The position numbers and the translations under genes are program-made. From Macrostomum lignano (Eukaryota): DNA of 64,000 bases. Shown here one piece after another: positions 23,441 to 35,502 of this stretch. A model generated the notes under the pieces. The model made no database searches and had not been told where the DNA came from. It saw only the letters and a program-made list of their open reading frames with translations. Where the stretch lies: NCBI GenBank assembly GCA_002269645.1, contig NIVC01003660.1:20695-84694 (forward strand), read 5' to 3'. How positions within the stretch are numbered: position 1 is the stretch's first letter; each line of letters opens with the position of its first letter.

Positions 23441-25293
23441 TTAAGACTCATTTAGTTTTCACTACATGGAACTGCAACGCATAAAGTATGCCAGTCGAAT
23501 TTTTTATGGAATGCTAGAATTCCAAAATTTGAAGGTTTTAAGTTCTGTTCCTGGCTCTTTTTCTGTCTGTATCAGCTCGATGATCAGACAGATGCAGCTA
23601 TCTTAGCTAGTCCCATTCTGAAGAAATGTTAGAAGTTTTCATTCATGCTTGTTTGATTCTATTAAATGTGAATTTTTGAAATTTTATTCCAAATTAAATT
23701 TTACCGTTAGTGACGTAGGTGTATTGTTTCTAGTTCGAAAGTCACTATTATTTTAATAGTGACTATTATTTTATTGAAATACTGTAATATAGTAGAAGTT
23801 ACGGTTAACGTTATTTCATTGAAACGACGCAAGTTTAAATTGGGTTTAAATTGTCTTACACTTCGCGAAGAAATTTTTCATTTTTACAGTAACAAACAAG
23901 CTGTTTTTAGACTAATTAGACTAATAAAAAATTATTTATATATTTTTGGCACCGATCTAAATTTTCATTGATCTATTCAATCCGAACATACAAAATCGAT
24001 AACCTTACATGTACATAAAAGTAAATTAATATGATTTGTATATCTACGTGTATTTACTAACAAGCAGTGCAGATCTGTTTTTCGCGATCTCATTAATTGG
24101 TTGCAACAATATTTTTGTGTGGACCGATTGCGTTTTAACAATTATTATTGTTAGTAATTAAAGTTAATAATTATATGACGACCTACTCAAGGAGAATCTC
24201 ACAGCACTTTCAACTTGTGCATGCAAATTTTACGGGGAGTTCGATTTTTCTTTTTAAGTATTTCATTCGTCCGAAGTTGTCCCCTGTTAAGCTGCAGAAC
24301 TGTTTTTACCCATTTTCATCATTTTTTACATTGGAATCTTCTAACAACTCTACTGCTAGTAGGATTACAATAAGAAACAAAGTAGAAGAAATAGGACGTA
24401 AAATAAAAAATAGTGCATTTTTGAAGGCCAATTTCCTGGAAACAACACTCTGCGGAGATAGGAAAAACCATTTTTTTCATAACATAATCAATGATTGTGT
24501 GACGATTATCCGGTGGCCTCGAAAGTAATTAACGAAGACAAACACGGCAGAGGCAAGTTTTGTAGCGGTAGCACTTGATGATAGTAACGGCCGATGCGGG
24601 CAACGGCCGCAGTCTTTGTTTATTGTAACCGTATGAGAGGATAGTTAGGCTTGCTATTATCAATTCCGTCTGGGTGGTCAACAGAGATGGGTCAGAATAC
24701 TTGCTGAATCCGTAAGAAATGCACCGGGCGACTACGCAACAATAAGATAGAGATGGTAGACGATAGCGTGAGTCGATGAGCCTGAGGCAATGGTGACGAT
24801 ATGGTGGCGGTGAACGTGTGGTGGCGGTGCTCGTAGCGAGAGCTCGTACAGACAGTAGAGGTGGCGTGACTGAGACTTGGCAGAGGCGTGGTTTAGAACC
24901 GTGGCGGAGCGAGGCGGAGAGAGAAGGCAAGCAAACAAGGAGTGCCGGGGTGGCAAGGGTCTAAGGGGTCTAAGGGCCTAAGGCGGGGCTAACCCCAAGC
25001 GCCCCAGCCAGACAGGACTGATAAGGAGCAGGCTGGGGGTGGGTGCGCGCGGAGAACTTAATTTCAGGCTAACATAATTTATGCGCGGCTTTTCTATTGG
25101 CCGACGAGAAAAACAGAAATTATCGATCGCCTACTGTACTTGGGCTTTACAAACGTACGCAAGTTGTTTAAAATTCTTTGGGCACTACTTTAGGCGGACG
25201 TGAGAGTACGAGACCATTAAATTAACAATATTATAGATTGGTACCGTATGCTAAAACGGCCCTTGTCGGGGCTACTTAAATTGACAACGTCAC

Positions 25294-25722
25294 AATTGCG
25301 TTTGTTCTGGGGCAGTGAAAATTACCATTATTTTAATGATTTATATGGCTAGCTGTCTAGTAAAAGTTTCATTTTCATATTATTTTTTATTTAAAAAGCC
25401 AAAAGCTGTATGCACTGACTGTGTTGTATGTAGGAACTAATATGCATTGAAATGAAATTATGCCACCAATAATGGCTTAAGAGTACCTGCATACAACATT
25501 TTTATTACAAATATACTTGTATTTAAGAAACAAAAAACAAAAAGTAAGGCTAATGCCACTTGTGAGCATTTTCAACTTTTGGTTTTGCTAAATTAAAGGA
25601 AAACTATATGAAAATGAAACTTTCACTACCACAACTATATAAAACACAATTAAGAGAGTAAAATGATTTGCATGCCAAATTAAAAGACTGATAATCTTCA
25701 CTGCCCCAGATTAAATGCAATG
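25294..25722. mobile_element. MITE-like element with ~40-bp imperfect inverted ends
   Basis: TCTGGGGCAGTGAAAATTACCATTATTTTAAT (from 25306) is the inverted match of ATTAAAAGACTGATAATCTTCACTGCCCCAGA (to 25710). The interior is AT-rich. Confidence 0.5.
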
Positions 25723-26104
25723 AATTGATTTTTGTGATGAAAGAATGATTTTCTTAGCTCGTATCTCCGCAGTGTATTTTTCTCCAAGAAATAGGCCTAA
25801 AAATTACACGATCTTTGTGAGTTTTATATCTAAAGCAAAATATAATTGGATAATTATAGCGCTAAGGGTGCTACACTTTCAAACTTTTGAGCACTATAAA
25901 TGTACTTTATTACTTTCTCAAGGGGGTTAACACATTTTTACTATAAGTAGGTTTAGTAGAAAACTAACAATTTTAATGAGAGGGAGAACTTTCATCTGCA
26001 GGAGTGCCTGCAGAAGTTGCCAACAGTTATCCAGGAGATATGCATGCCCTTACATGCATGCCGATGCAATCATTAGTCAAAGGTTGACTGGAACACTCTT
26101 GGCC

Positions 26105-26505
26105 AACGTATTAAACATTCGCCGACACTTATTCAGACACTTCTACAGACACTCAAGTTTCTGTCGTACGAATCGTAGGAACAAGCATTAAATTTGTTTA
26201 TTCCTCACAAACTACCAGTAAAATGTTTTATTTAAAGCTTTTTTTGCTTTATTTTATTAAATATGAATCATGAAATTTGTTATTCTGCATAGATTCTCTT
26301 CACGTGAAGAAGAATGTTAAATTTGTCCAGGACACTTCCTAATTCCTATTTAATAAAATAAAGCAAAAAAAGCTTAAAATAAAGCATTTTACTGGTAGTT
26401 TGTGAGGAATAAACAAATTTAATGCTTGTTCCTACGATTCGTACGACAGAAACTTAAGTGTCTGTAGAAGTGTCTGAATAAGTGTCGGCGAATGTTTCAT
26501 ACGTT
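26105..26505. repeat. Long inverted repeat (foldback), arms ~158 bp, loop ~83 bp
   Basis: 26105-26263 is the near-perfect reverse complement of 26347-26505 (e.g. AAACATTCGCCGACACTTATTCAGACAC versus GTGTCTGAATAAGTGTCGGCGAATGTTT). Confidence 0.92.
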
Positions 26506-26670
26506 ATTGGCCAGTGGCCGGTCAGATGTTTGTCTCTTCTGCTGTTCTGGTTGCCAGGGTTCCGCGGCCGAGGAGCCACCGACTACAGTGGTGACAATGG
26601 CCGTCTCCTCGGAGGCGGCCTCGGGTCCGACGATGGTGGCGCAGGTTCTGGATGTCGACATCAGGTGGAT
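26497..26670 (-). CDS. Uncharacterised small membrane protein, last exon
   Basis: Acceptor cgtttag|ATC. Encodes IHLMSTSRTCATIVGPEAASEETAIV...RPLANNV* with TGA at 26499-26497. Phase 0, matching the upstream donor. Confidence 0.6.
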   Translation of the reverse strand: MHLMSTSRTCATIVGPEAASEETAIVTTVVGGSSAAEPWQPEQQKRQTSDRPLANNV

Positions 26671-27015
26671 CTAAACGTGGCAAAAATTATTTTTGTTTTA
26701 ATTTGTGGTTTTTTCAAATTTAAATTTGAAATTCAAGCAGCAATCAACAATACCAATTGGCGACCTCCAAAGTATAAATATTAGTTTTGATGCCCGGAAA
26801 TGACGATGCACCATTTACATATGGAAGTAAATATGTCCATTCCGCTAATTTGGGCCAGATTTGAGAGAAAAGAAGAAGATAAATAGGAGAGGAGAGGAGA
26901 GAAAAGAGGAGGAGAGGATAGAAGAGCAGAGATGAGAGGAGAGGGGAGAGGAGAGAGCCGAGAAGGGACACAAGCCTTAGGTGTGCTGGATTGCTATTTT
27001 GAAGTTTCAAAGGAC

Positions 27016-27064
27016 CCGAGGGCCGCATAGAGAGGCTTCGCGGGCCGGAGTTCGCCGACCCCTG
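27016..27064 (-). mobile_element. hAT-type MITE terminus (CAGGGGTCGGCGAACTCCGGCCCGCG...TGCGGCCC)
   Basis: Motif layout typical of hAT-Charlie/Ac non-autonomous termini. Partner end not found. Confidence 0.4.
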
Positions 27065-27134
27065 CTTTAGGGGTTGAGTCAATGACTCTCCTGCTGGGTG
27101 TGAATGGCGTGACAACCTCTGGCACCAAAGGAAT

Positions 27135-27200
27135 GCGGCCGCTCCCAGGATCGAACCAGGGATCGCGACTCGCGAGTCAGGTGCGTTTACCGCTGAGCTG
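27135..27200 (-). mobile_element. tRNA-like sequence, probably a SINE head or tRNA pseudogene
   Basis: The minus strand reads AGCTCAGCGGTAAACGC (A box) ... GGTTCGATCC (B box). The anticodon arm and acceptor stem do not pair properly. Confidence 0.5.
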
Positions 27201-27239
27201 TTTTGTCTCTCGCATGTCCCTTTCAGAGTGCATGCTCAC

Positions 27240-27437
27240 CTCATCCACAGAGTCGTCAGTGCTCATGTCACGATGCCGACCAGAGGCCAGAAGCCGGGTG
27301 CCCCTGAGCGGCTGATGCAGAACATCATCAGCTTCGGCATCAACGATCGCCTCATCGAAGCTGACTGCCGTTTCGACTACTGCGGCTTCGTTGTTGCGGC
27401 GGAGGCAGCCGAGGTCGCGATTTCTGATGTACAGGCA
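27240..27437 (-). CDS. Uncharacterised small membrane protein, internal exon (acidic cytoplasmic region)
   Basis: Acceptor ccacccag|TGC, donor GAG|GTGAGC; 66 codons CLYIRNRDLGCLRRNNEAAVVETAVSFDE...STDDSVDE. Confidence 0.6.
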
Positions 27438-27534
27438 CTGGGTGGAGTGTTTGGAATTGCAATTTATCCCAGTGCTCGATTTTCTACGAAGAAAACACTT
27501 GAAAGGTCAATAAGGGAATGGGATCGGAGAGGAC

Positions 27535-28452
27535 AATAGGAGAATGGGATTTTTTAGAGGTTAGTGGGAGAATGGGATGTGAGAGAATGGGATTTGAGAG
27601 AATGGGATTTGAGAGAATGGGATCTGAGAGAATGGGATCTGAAAGAATGGGATCTGAGAGAATGGGATCTGAGAGAATGGGATCTGAGAGAATGGGATCT
27701 GAGAGAATGGGATCTGAGAGAATGGAAACTGAGAGAATGGAAACTGAGAGAATGGGATCTGAGAGAATGGGATCTGAGAGAATGGAAACTGAGAGAATGG
27801 GAACTGAGAGAATGGGAACTGAGAGAATGGAAACTGAGAGAATAGAAACTGAGAGAATGGAAACTGAGAGAATGGGAACTGAGAGAATGGGATCTGAGAG
27901 AATGGGATCTGAGAGAATGGAAACTGATAATGGGAACTGAGAGAATGGGAACTGAGAGAATGGAAACTGAGAGAATAGAAACTGAGAGAATGGGATCTGA
28001 GAGAATGGGATCTGAGAGAATGGAAACTAAGAGAATAGAAACTGAGAATGGGAACTGAGAGAATGGGAACTGAGAGAATGGAAACTGAGAGAATGGAAAC
28101 TGAGAGAATGGAAACTGAGAGAATGGAAACTGAGAGAATGGAAACTGAGAGAATGGGATCTGAGAGAATGGAAACTGAGAGAATGGGATTTGAGAGAATG
28201 GGATCTGAGAGAATGGGATGTGAGAGAATGGGATTTGAGAGAATGGGATTTGAGAGAATGGGATCTGAGAGAATGGGATCTGAAAGAATGGGATCTGAGA
28301 GAATGGGATCTGAGAGAATGGGATCTGAGAGAATGGGATCTGAGAGAATGGGATCTGAGAGAATGGGATCTGAAAGAATGGGATCTGAGAGAATGGGATC
28401 TGAGAGAATGGGATCTGAGAGAATGAGATCTGATAGAATGGGATCTGAGAGA
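27535..28452. repeat. 15-bp minisatellite GAGAGAATGGGATCT / GAGAGAATGGAAACT
   Basis: About 60 tandem copies in the intron. Confidence 0.97.
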
Positions 28453-29087
28453 GCAATGGGAGAATTGAATTCGAGAAGGCAATGGGAGGCTTTTTTTAAG
28501 AGTATTTTTTTTTGCATTTAATAGCGCCTAGGAATACAGGCCCCTCGTAAATTTGAGTTCTGCATCTCGCCTAAGGAAGATGGCGAGCCGATGAAACTTA
28601 GTTAATCAATTGATTTCCCCCAGGCTATGCCTCTCACCAAAGTCTGCGGTTGCCAAAAGTCCCAACTAAAGAAATATATTGAATTTCGTTCTTTCCGAAT
28701 CTTAGAGAGGCACATTACTGAGTAAAACAAACAGCCATCAGATTAAGTTTGAAGTAGGGCAGGGAAGTGTGGGGAGAAAATTTCCCAGAAAAAAAGTCAG
28801 AGACCCACACGTACAGACAGACTCAGGGAGTGATTGATGAGAATCCAAATTCTGCATAGCTTTTACATACAGTAGCCCACCCTGTACAGCTAATTTCAGG
28901 TGCAGACAGACTGCAGGGCCGGCCATATTAGGGATGCGGCGTAACTATGGGATGAAATCTCGATTTTTATTGCCTAATGCCGGGTTTGGATTAATGGCGT
29001 TGACAAGCCGTGATACACTAATCCTCTTCTAACAATAATCATGCGATATTATATCACATTTATTCACCGAATATGAAATGCTTCAAC

Positions 29088-29704
29088 TAGAGGTGTCGCC
29101 ATAGATTCAATGGTGAAGGGGGGAAGGGAATAACCAAGAGTTTAAAACAAAAAAATCCTTTCTTGGTACTTAGTACTCATTTTAGCGCCGCAGGCACTCA
29201 TTTTAGCGCCACAGGCACTCATTTTAGCGCCGCAGGCACTAATTTTAGCACCGCAGCCACTCATTTTAGCCCCACAAACATTCATTTTTGGTGGCACTCA
29301 TTTTAGCGCTGCAGTCAATCATTTTTGCGCTTCAGGCATACATTTTAGCACTGCAGGCACTCATTTTGGCGCCACAGGCACTCATTTTGGCGCCACAGGC
29401 ACTCATTTTGGCACCACAGACACTCATTTTAGCGCCAGAAACACTCATTTTAGAGCCGCAGGCACTCATTTAAGCGCCAAAGGCACTCATTTTAGCGCTG
29501 CAGGCACTCATTTTAGCGCCGCAGGCACTCATTTTAGCGCCATAGACACTAACTAGGCGCCCTAAAGCTAATTTGAGGATTTCCATTTAAGCTATGCAGG
29601 CTTAAGAGCTCATTTTTGGTCATTAAAACTTTTTGAACAATCCCGTTTCAAGGTGTCTTGTAAGAGGCATGCCCCCTGTCCCCCGACCGGTGGCGGCACC
29701 CCTG
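29088..29704. mobile_element. hAT-like MITE with internal 21-bp minisatellite (GCACTCATTTTAGCGCCGCAG, 29175-29545)
   Basis: 14-bp imperfect TIRs TAGAGGTGTCGCCA / TGGCGGCACCCCTG (11 of 14 match), flanked by GCTTCAAC and GATTGAAC (6 of 8 match, a possible 8-bp TSD). Confidence 0.55.
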
Positions 29705-30159
29705 GATTGAACTGTGTGAAAAAACGACTATGAAACAGAAAAGACAACATGCATGCATGCATATTTCCAAGTGATCACGAGTGACTTTCTCATTTACTCG
29801 TAATCAAGACTCACTCAGAGTGACGCTTTGGTTAGAGAGACACCTATCAGCACATGCATGTAAGTTATGGAACTGGCCCTAATTAACTCGAAAGGTAACG
29901 AAGGAATCCAAAATTCTAATATTAGGTGGGACTTTATTTTTAGCCAGATTTATCTGGTGCAATAGTTAGATATACTATCAGATTGGAGCCAAGGACTACT
30001 CTTAAAAGGACGCCTTTGAATAGGGGCCCTTTATTCAAGCTCCTATTCTTAAATAATCCAGTTAGTCTGTTGACCAGAATCAGTGAGACAGACTGTGACG
30101 TCCTAGCTTATTGAATTTTGCAATGAATTCATTAATAATTTCTGAATCTCGGAACTCAC

Positions 30160-30357
30160 CCTGGCCAACATGCAGCACATCAGTGACACAATAAGTAGTA
30201 GCAGGAATGCAATTGAAATGACAATCACTACAGGGTTAATCGCCTCCTTAACGAACACTAGCACTAGCGGAGTTAGTACTAAAGAGATCACCTGAACTAC
30301 AAAAATGACAACTGTCCGGCAGAGATTGCCGTCTGAGCAGCCGCATGCGCGCCGCAT
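30160..30357 (-). CDS. Uncharacterised small membrane protein, exon with two hydrophobic helices
   Basis: TVVIFVVQVISLVLTPLVLVFV and PVVIVISIAFLLLLIVSLMCCML. Acceptor tacag|C ATG, donor AGG|GTGAGT. Confidence 0.65.
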
Positions 30358-30408
30358 GCTGTACTGACGGCTATTAGGCTGACTGGAATCCGCGAGCTCT
30401 CTACTTAC

Positions 30409-30596
30409 ACAGGGATGCCGATCTCAGCTGTCACACGGTTGCAGTTGATGAAAATATATGGGCGCAATGGGAATGAGGGGAAGGAAAAATACCCCCCGTC
30501 CAATCCAATATTCAGCAGGATCCCAAGCCAGCTCATGCACGGCCAGTGTTGATTTGCTGCGAACGAGTCGATGCGAGCAGCAGGGGTACCAAGCAT
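30409..30596 (-). CDS. Probable upstream exon of the same membrane-protein gene
   Basis: Open frame MLGTPAARIDSF...TAEIGIP. Donor GT|GTAAGT at 30409/30408 is phase 2, matching the 30358 acceptor across a 50-nt intron. Confidence 0.4.
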
Positions 30597-31873
30597 AATC
30601 CCGGAAGTCTCCAAGGCTTTGAACGTTCAGATTGTCACGAGGGATGCAATCAAAAGAGGCGAGGAGTATTTGATAAAATGCACTTATTTATCGACGCTTC
30701 TGACAACAGAGATCTGTTTAGCATTTGGTGAAGTATAATTTTAAATAAATCTTAATAAAAGTCATTACTCTATGGGCTTACTATAAGTAGGATGGTACAA
30801 ACTTTGCAATGTAAAATTTTGATTCCATAAAAAGTTCAACAATGATTTTCGTTTGTCTTTGATTGTCTTGGCTAGTATTGTTCTAAGTGCTATTGCTTGT
30901 TGAATATTATTCTATAAATGATTATTAGTTGAGATTTAATATTAAACAAATATTTATTGTTTGATTTAATAAATACACTAAACATATATAATTACCTTTA
31001 TAATAAACTAATATTTTAGAATACATTTTAATGCAACAAATACTCGTATCCTGTATCTTTGATGTCTCTCAGAGTATAAAATTCTGAAAATCAACTATTT
31101 CTAAGTTAGCATCGATTTACCATCTTCATTTCTAAACTGAATCTGAATTTGTAATGTTTTAATCATGTTTGCTATTAAATGAAAAAACCACCTTGAATTT
31201 GTAGAAAATCGAAGCATATTGGACAGTTGTCTAAAATATTTTTCTATTATTTTTGGCTATATTCATTAAACAAAAATTGCTTCAATGCATTTTTCAAAAG
31301 TTTATTTGAAGTAAAGAAAAATATTTTAAATACAAACAGCTGTAAAAATTTATTTTAGTATCATTGATTAATAACTTTTCAAAACAATCTAAATATTAGT
31401 GTCATAATCCAATAAGCAAGTTTATTTTTAAAATATAAAAAGCACACAAAAACAGACTTTAGATCCAGATTACGCTTGTAATTGTTTGCTTTAGTGAACA
31501 CTTTTTCTTTCTAATAGTTTCTGAGAACTGCCTCATACAGTTTTTTGACTAGAGAAATAGGAGAATATCAATGAGTTAATAATACAAAGTGCTGTGTTAA
31601 TAGCTATATATATAATTTTTTCTAAATACATATTAGAAGGCATAGCATCTAAAAACCAAGAATCATTTTTCTATAAATAATGGGCAGCAGAAAAAAAGAA
31701 AATATTTGATAAGAAACTTGCAAATTGGTTAGCTGTATTTGGTTCTTATAATATTGGCTTTTTTAAGAAAAAAACTCTAATAGAAGCACAAGCACAAGGG
31801 GCTTTGTGGAAAGTGAAGTAGAAAATCCTATAATTTAACCTAGTTAAGTCTATCTGAGAACAGTATGAAAGCT

Positions 31874-32950
31874 TCACTTCTCCAGCTGAAGCAGCAGAGG
31901 AACAGACACAAAACCTTGCAATGGTAGATATAATTCGCAGAAGGTCTTGTACGAGGTTTCAACATAGACTTCGCGCAATGTGGCATGAAAGATCTTCTGC
32001 AAATCCATCAGATCCTCAATGGTGAGCCGCCTCAGCTTCGAGCGATAAGTCACCCTTTTGAATGGACACTGTTTGGGCAGCAGCAGCATTGGCTGACTGA
32101 AGTCCTGATGAATCTCCAGAGTGAGGCATCTGGTGAGAGTCAGCGCGGCCCACAGCTCGTTTGGACACTGCGTCTCCATCAGTTCTAGTGTGAAAATCTG
32201 AGTAAATTCGTCCTCGATAGCGCACACTTCGCGCAGTGCTGGAAGGCAGCACAGTGCTCGTATCAGTGGCTCCGACATGTTCAACAGACTGACGGACACG
32301 CGCTCCAGGTTTACCATCTCCAGCAGGGCTGTATAAGACGCGGTGCGAATATCCTTGGTCACGTTGCTAATGTTAAGCACGACTAGGCTGTGCTTGAGGT
32401 GGCAGAAACTATTAAGGAGCATAGATGAGTCATAGTATGACAAGAACAGGTTGCTAAGCTCCAGCCTGCGAACCGAACTTGGAAGCTTTCTGACAGTTTT
32501 AACCAAAACTTCCAGCATTCTGCCGCCAGATCCGAAAGTCACATTGCCATCAAAGATGCAAAAGAATGCGTATTCAAAGCTGCGCAGCAGTGGCATCGCT
32601 TCAGTGCCGAAGTCATCAAAGTATTTAGAAATCATGAATAGAAATTCATACAGATTGAAATAATTATCAAAAGGTTCGAAACGAATTCCTCGGATCTTCG
32701 AGCCGAAGCAGTGAAGGTAACTCTCGAAGAACATATGCTTAACATCCTTTTGTGGTCCCATAAACATGTCTTTTCGCTTTTTTGTAAAAACTTTTCCATC
32801 AATAGTTAAATATGACCACAAGCTCGGACAGTAAAAGGCGTCGTACCACTGGAAACATACCTGGGATGCGTGGTATCGGTCGCGAAAGCCGAGGTATTTA
32901 AAAACATTTTCAAGAATGGTTATTGGCGCTGATTCCCATTTGATTTTCAT
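31874..32950 (-). CDS. F-box / leucine-rich-repeat protein (intronless)
   Basis: N-terminal F-box WESAPITILENVFKYLGFRDRYHASQVCFQWYDAFYCPSLW, followed by LRR-like segments (VRRLELSNLFL, LVVLNISN, LERVSVSL, LREVCA). 358-aa ORF. Confidence 0.85.
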   Translation of the reverse strand: MKIKWESAPITILENVFKYLGFRDRYHASQVCFQWYDAFYCPSLWSYLTIDGKVFTKKRKDMFMGPQKDVKHMFFESYLHCFGSKIRGIRFEPFDNYFNLYEFLFMISKYFDDFGTEAMPLLRSFEYAFFCIFDGNVTFGSGGRMLEVLVKTVRKLPSSVRRLELSNLFLSYYDSSMLLNSFCHLKHSLVVLNISNVTKDIRTASYTALLEMVNLERVSVSLLNMSEPLIRALCCLPALREVCAIEDEFTQIFTLELMETQCPNELWAALTLTRCLTLEIHQDFSQPMLLLPKQCPFKRVTYRSKLRRLTIEDLMDLQKIFHATLREVYVETSYKTFCELYLPLQGFVSVPLLLQLEK

Positions 32951-34707
32951 AAGTAAACGTCTTTTCGACGACTAAAAACAATTGTATTCTTTTAGAATAC
33001 TTGCCTCAAGAATATTTGGAAGTGTTTTTTTATAGATTTGAATCTGCTACATAATCATTCAATCGTTTCAGTGATTCCGGGACATCCAGTATAGCTTCTT
33101 TGATTAGAATTCAACTCAAGAGTTTCTACTCCACCCTGTAACCTTGGTATTTCATTTGATAGCTAAAGTTCACGAATTACGCATTTGGAACTCTCTTTAA
33201 AAAGCTTTTAAGTCGCCAGCCAATGTGCTCATCTCAAATTAGTACCTCAATATCCACGAAAACTCAATTTAAGTTGCGGAAAGAGAGTGAGAAGGCAAGA
33301 AAGCAGATACAGAGTAATATTTTTTATTTTAACAATAAAAAACACAAATAAATATCTTAAATAAATACCTTACCCTCTTAAAATAACGTTTTGTTTATGT
33401 ATGTGTATTCATTAGAAAAAATCCGGAAAATTATAACTCATTTTTTATTACTTAACAGTTTGAATTTTTTAAGAACGAAATTTTTACCCAGAGTAATAAA
33501 TGCCACATAATACGATATTTTAGCAGTTAACTATGCACCCAAATAATATACTCGTTTTTTATTTCACATGCTTTTTAATTTCCATAGATAAGATACATAC
33601 AGCATCGAGCTAATTTATTAATGTTAAAAATGATTTTAAACGAAAAGCATACCATAAATGTAAAATACGTTGGAATACAGTGGAATACGGTGGTTTAGCT
33701 AATGACGACTTGAGCAAAGAGTAGGGAAACCTCAGCTTGTTTCTTCGAAAACTTTTAAAGGGCTTATATTATAGCGCGCTGTTTTGCGCGAAAATTATAC
33801 TACGGAGAAAAATTTTATTTCTTTTTTCCTGCAAAGAATGTGTAAAGTTATACGAATATCATTTATAAAAAGTTTTGCCAAATCAATGAGCAATGTTATA
33901 CTAAAAATATCAGCCCCTTCGATCTACTTCCCATAAAAAACATATGGCAATTTCTGTGCCTAAAATACTTTAAATGTATATGTACATGTGTACATGTAAA
34001 TACTTTACACATGTACAAATGTACATGTACGTATCTCCGTAGTGTCTTTTAGGGAAATCCCAGCCTCAAAAATTTCTAAGAAGTTCCTAAGTTCTAATTC
34101 CTAAGTTCTTCATAATTCCTAATTCCTAATTTCTAATTTCTAAGTTCCTAATTTCTAAAAAGTTCCTTCGACTTAAGTCACCCTTTAGATCCTAGCTAGT
34201 TTCTTCGCATTACTGTAAATTGGTGCACGTAGTTTAGTATTTGTGCTTATACACTGATATCTTTAGCTGTTAATACACGTAAACGTACTCTATTTAAAAC
34301 ACCTCGTCACCAGAAAAATTACATACCTTAACACCAAAACATGTATAATTGTCTGTGCTTTAGAAGCTGCTTGAGCTTGTAAAAGTATATTATCTTTCAG
34401 CGTACACACGTCGTTATTCGTGCATTACATCGACGGATATGACAACGTCATACGTCGGCTGAATATACAGGTGTAATTAAAGTAACATATACATATATTA
34501 TCGAATAAATATTTAAGTAGCAACCCTTCATAATCCCGTCTGATTATTGTTGTCTATCTAGTATAACGGAGTGAGAAAGAGCATTAAGACAGATATTACT
34601 CGTAGTTAATGTATCGGTGAAGCTCACAGGGTTGTTATTGAGAGTAAAATGGGAGCAGCGTTGCCTTAGGGTCAGTAATTCTGTCTATAAGCACCCCGGC
34701 CTTTCAG

Positions 34708-34813
34708 CTGCATCGTGTACCAGAGTAGCCGCGAGCAAGCCCGAGGTCCATGCAGCCCAGTCGATCGCCGTTATCCAGCAACTGCAGAAACCAATGGCCA
34801 TTCGTTGCCAGAG
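34708..34813 (+). CDS. Candidate coding exon, unassigned
   Basis: ctttcag| ... AG|GTAATT. Open frame AASCTRVAASKPEVHAAQSIAVIQQLQKPMAIRCQ ends in phase 2. Confidence 0.35.
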
Positions 34814-35144
34814 GTAATTAAGCGCGGAATCTGAGTGGCCGAAGTGACCTACTCTATGCATGTAGAGAGTTACTGAGACGAGTGTCGAAGCGCATATAGT
34901 AGTCTTATATGCATTTATTGCAAAGCTCGCATTGGTCAACGGTTGTAGCCAAATTGGAACAAAATTTCATGATCAAACTTAACAGAGCAACAGGTTTCCT
35001 GAGTGACAGAAAAGTTTTACGTCAGCGAAAGCGCCTTGAAGGCTTTGGCACAGCATGCAAATGCATTGGAAGCATCATCATTTATAATGCAGCGTGGTGT
35101 ATTCAAATGCGGCGATTTGTGAGCGCAATCGAATTTGTTCGCAG

Positions 35145-35382
35145 CGTCAGCTGTAGCCAGCAGCCGACTCCCACAGATGCCGCTGATGGCCAGCAGCATG
35201 AGCCGTTTCGACTGGTCTGGTCGCGTAGCATCGACAATCCGACTCGGTCGCAGTCGCGGTCGCAGTCGTCGTGCGCTTCAGTATGCGAGGTCATACCCGA
35301 GTACCGTCTGTTTCGCGAATTCTGCCGACCAGCCAGGCCGCTCAGTCACGGCTTCTTGCACAGGAACTACGAGCTGCATAGT
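35145..35382 (+). CDS. Candidate coding exon, possibly upstream part of the FERM-SPRY gene
   Basis: Acceptor ttgttcgcag|C (phase 2), donor AGT|GTGAGT (phase 0). Encodes VSCSQQPTPTDAADGQQHEPFRLVW...HGFLHRNYELHS with GC-rich codons. Confidence 0.4.
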
Positions 35383-35502
35383 GTGAGTTCTTAATTAGCA
35401 AGATGGTTCATGTGTTCAATAGGCTTTTATCAGCTGTTGAAGCTCTATTATAGCGTTGAGGTCTGATTACTGTTAGCCAATGTTGATCAGTGCGTCAGAT
35501 TG

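Noticed and set aside
24529-24956. Moderately GC-rich minus-strand ORFs
   Set aside because: No recognisable domain or exon boundaries; probably repeat-derived.
27135-27200. Functional tRNA gene
   Set aside because: A and B boxes are present, but the acceptor and anticodon stems do not form. Treated as SINE-like or a pseudogene.
27518-28521. ERMGS / EWDLR / SDPIL repeat ORFs resembling pentapeptide-repeat proteins
   Set aside because: They come from a 15-bp intronic array with no unique coding flanks.
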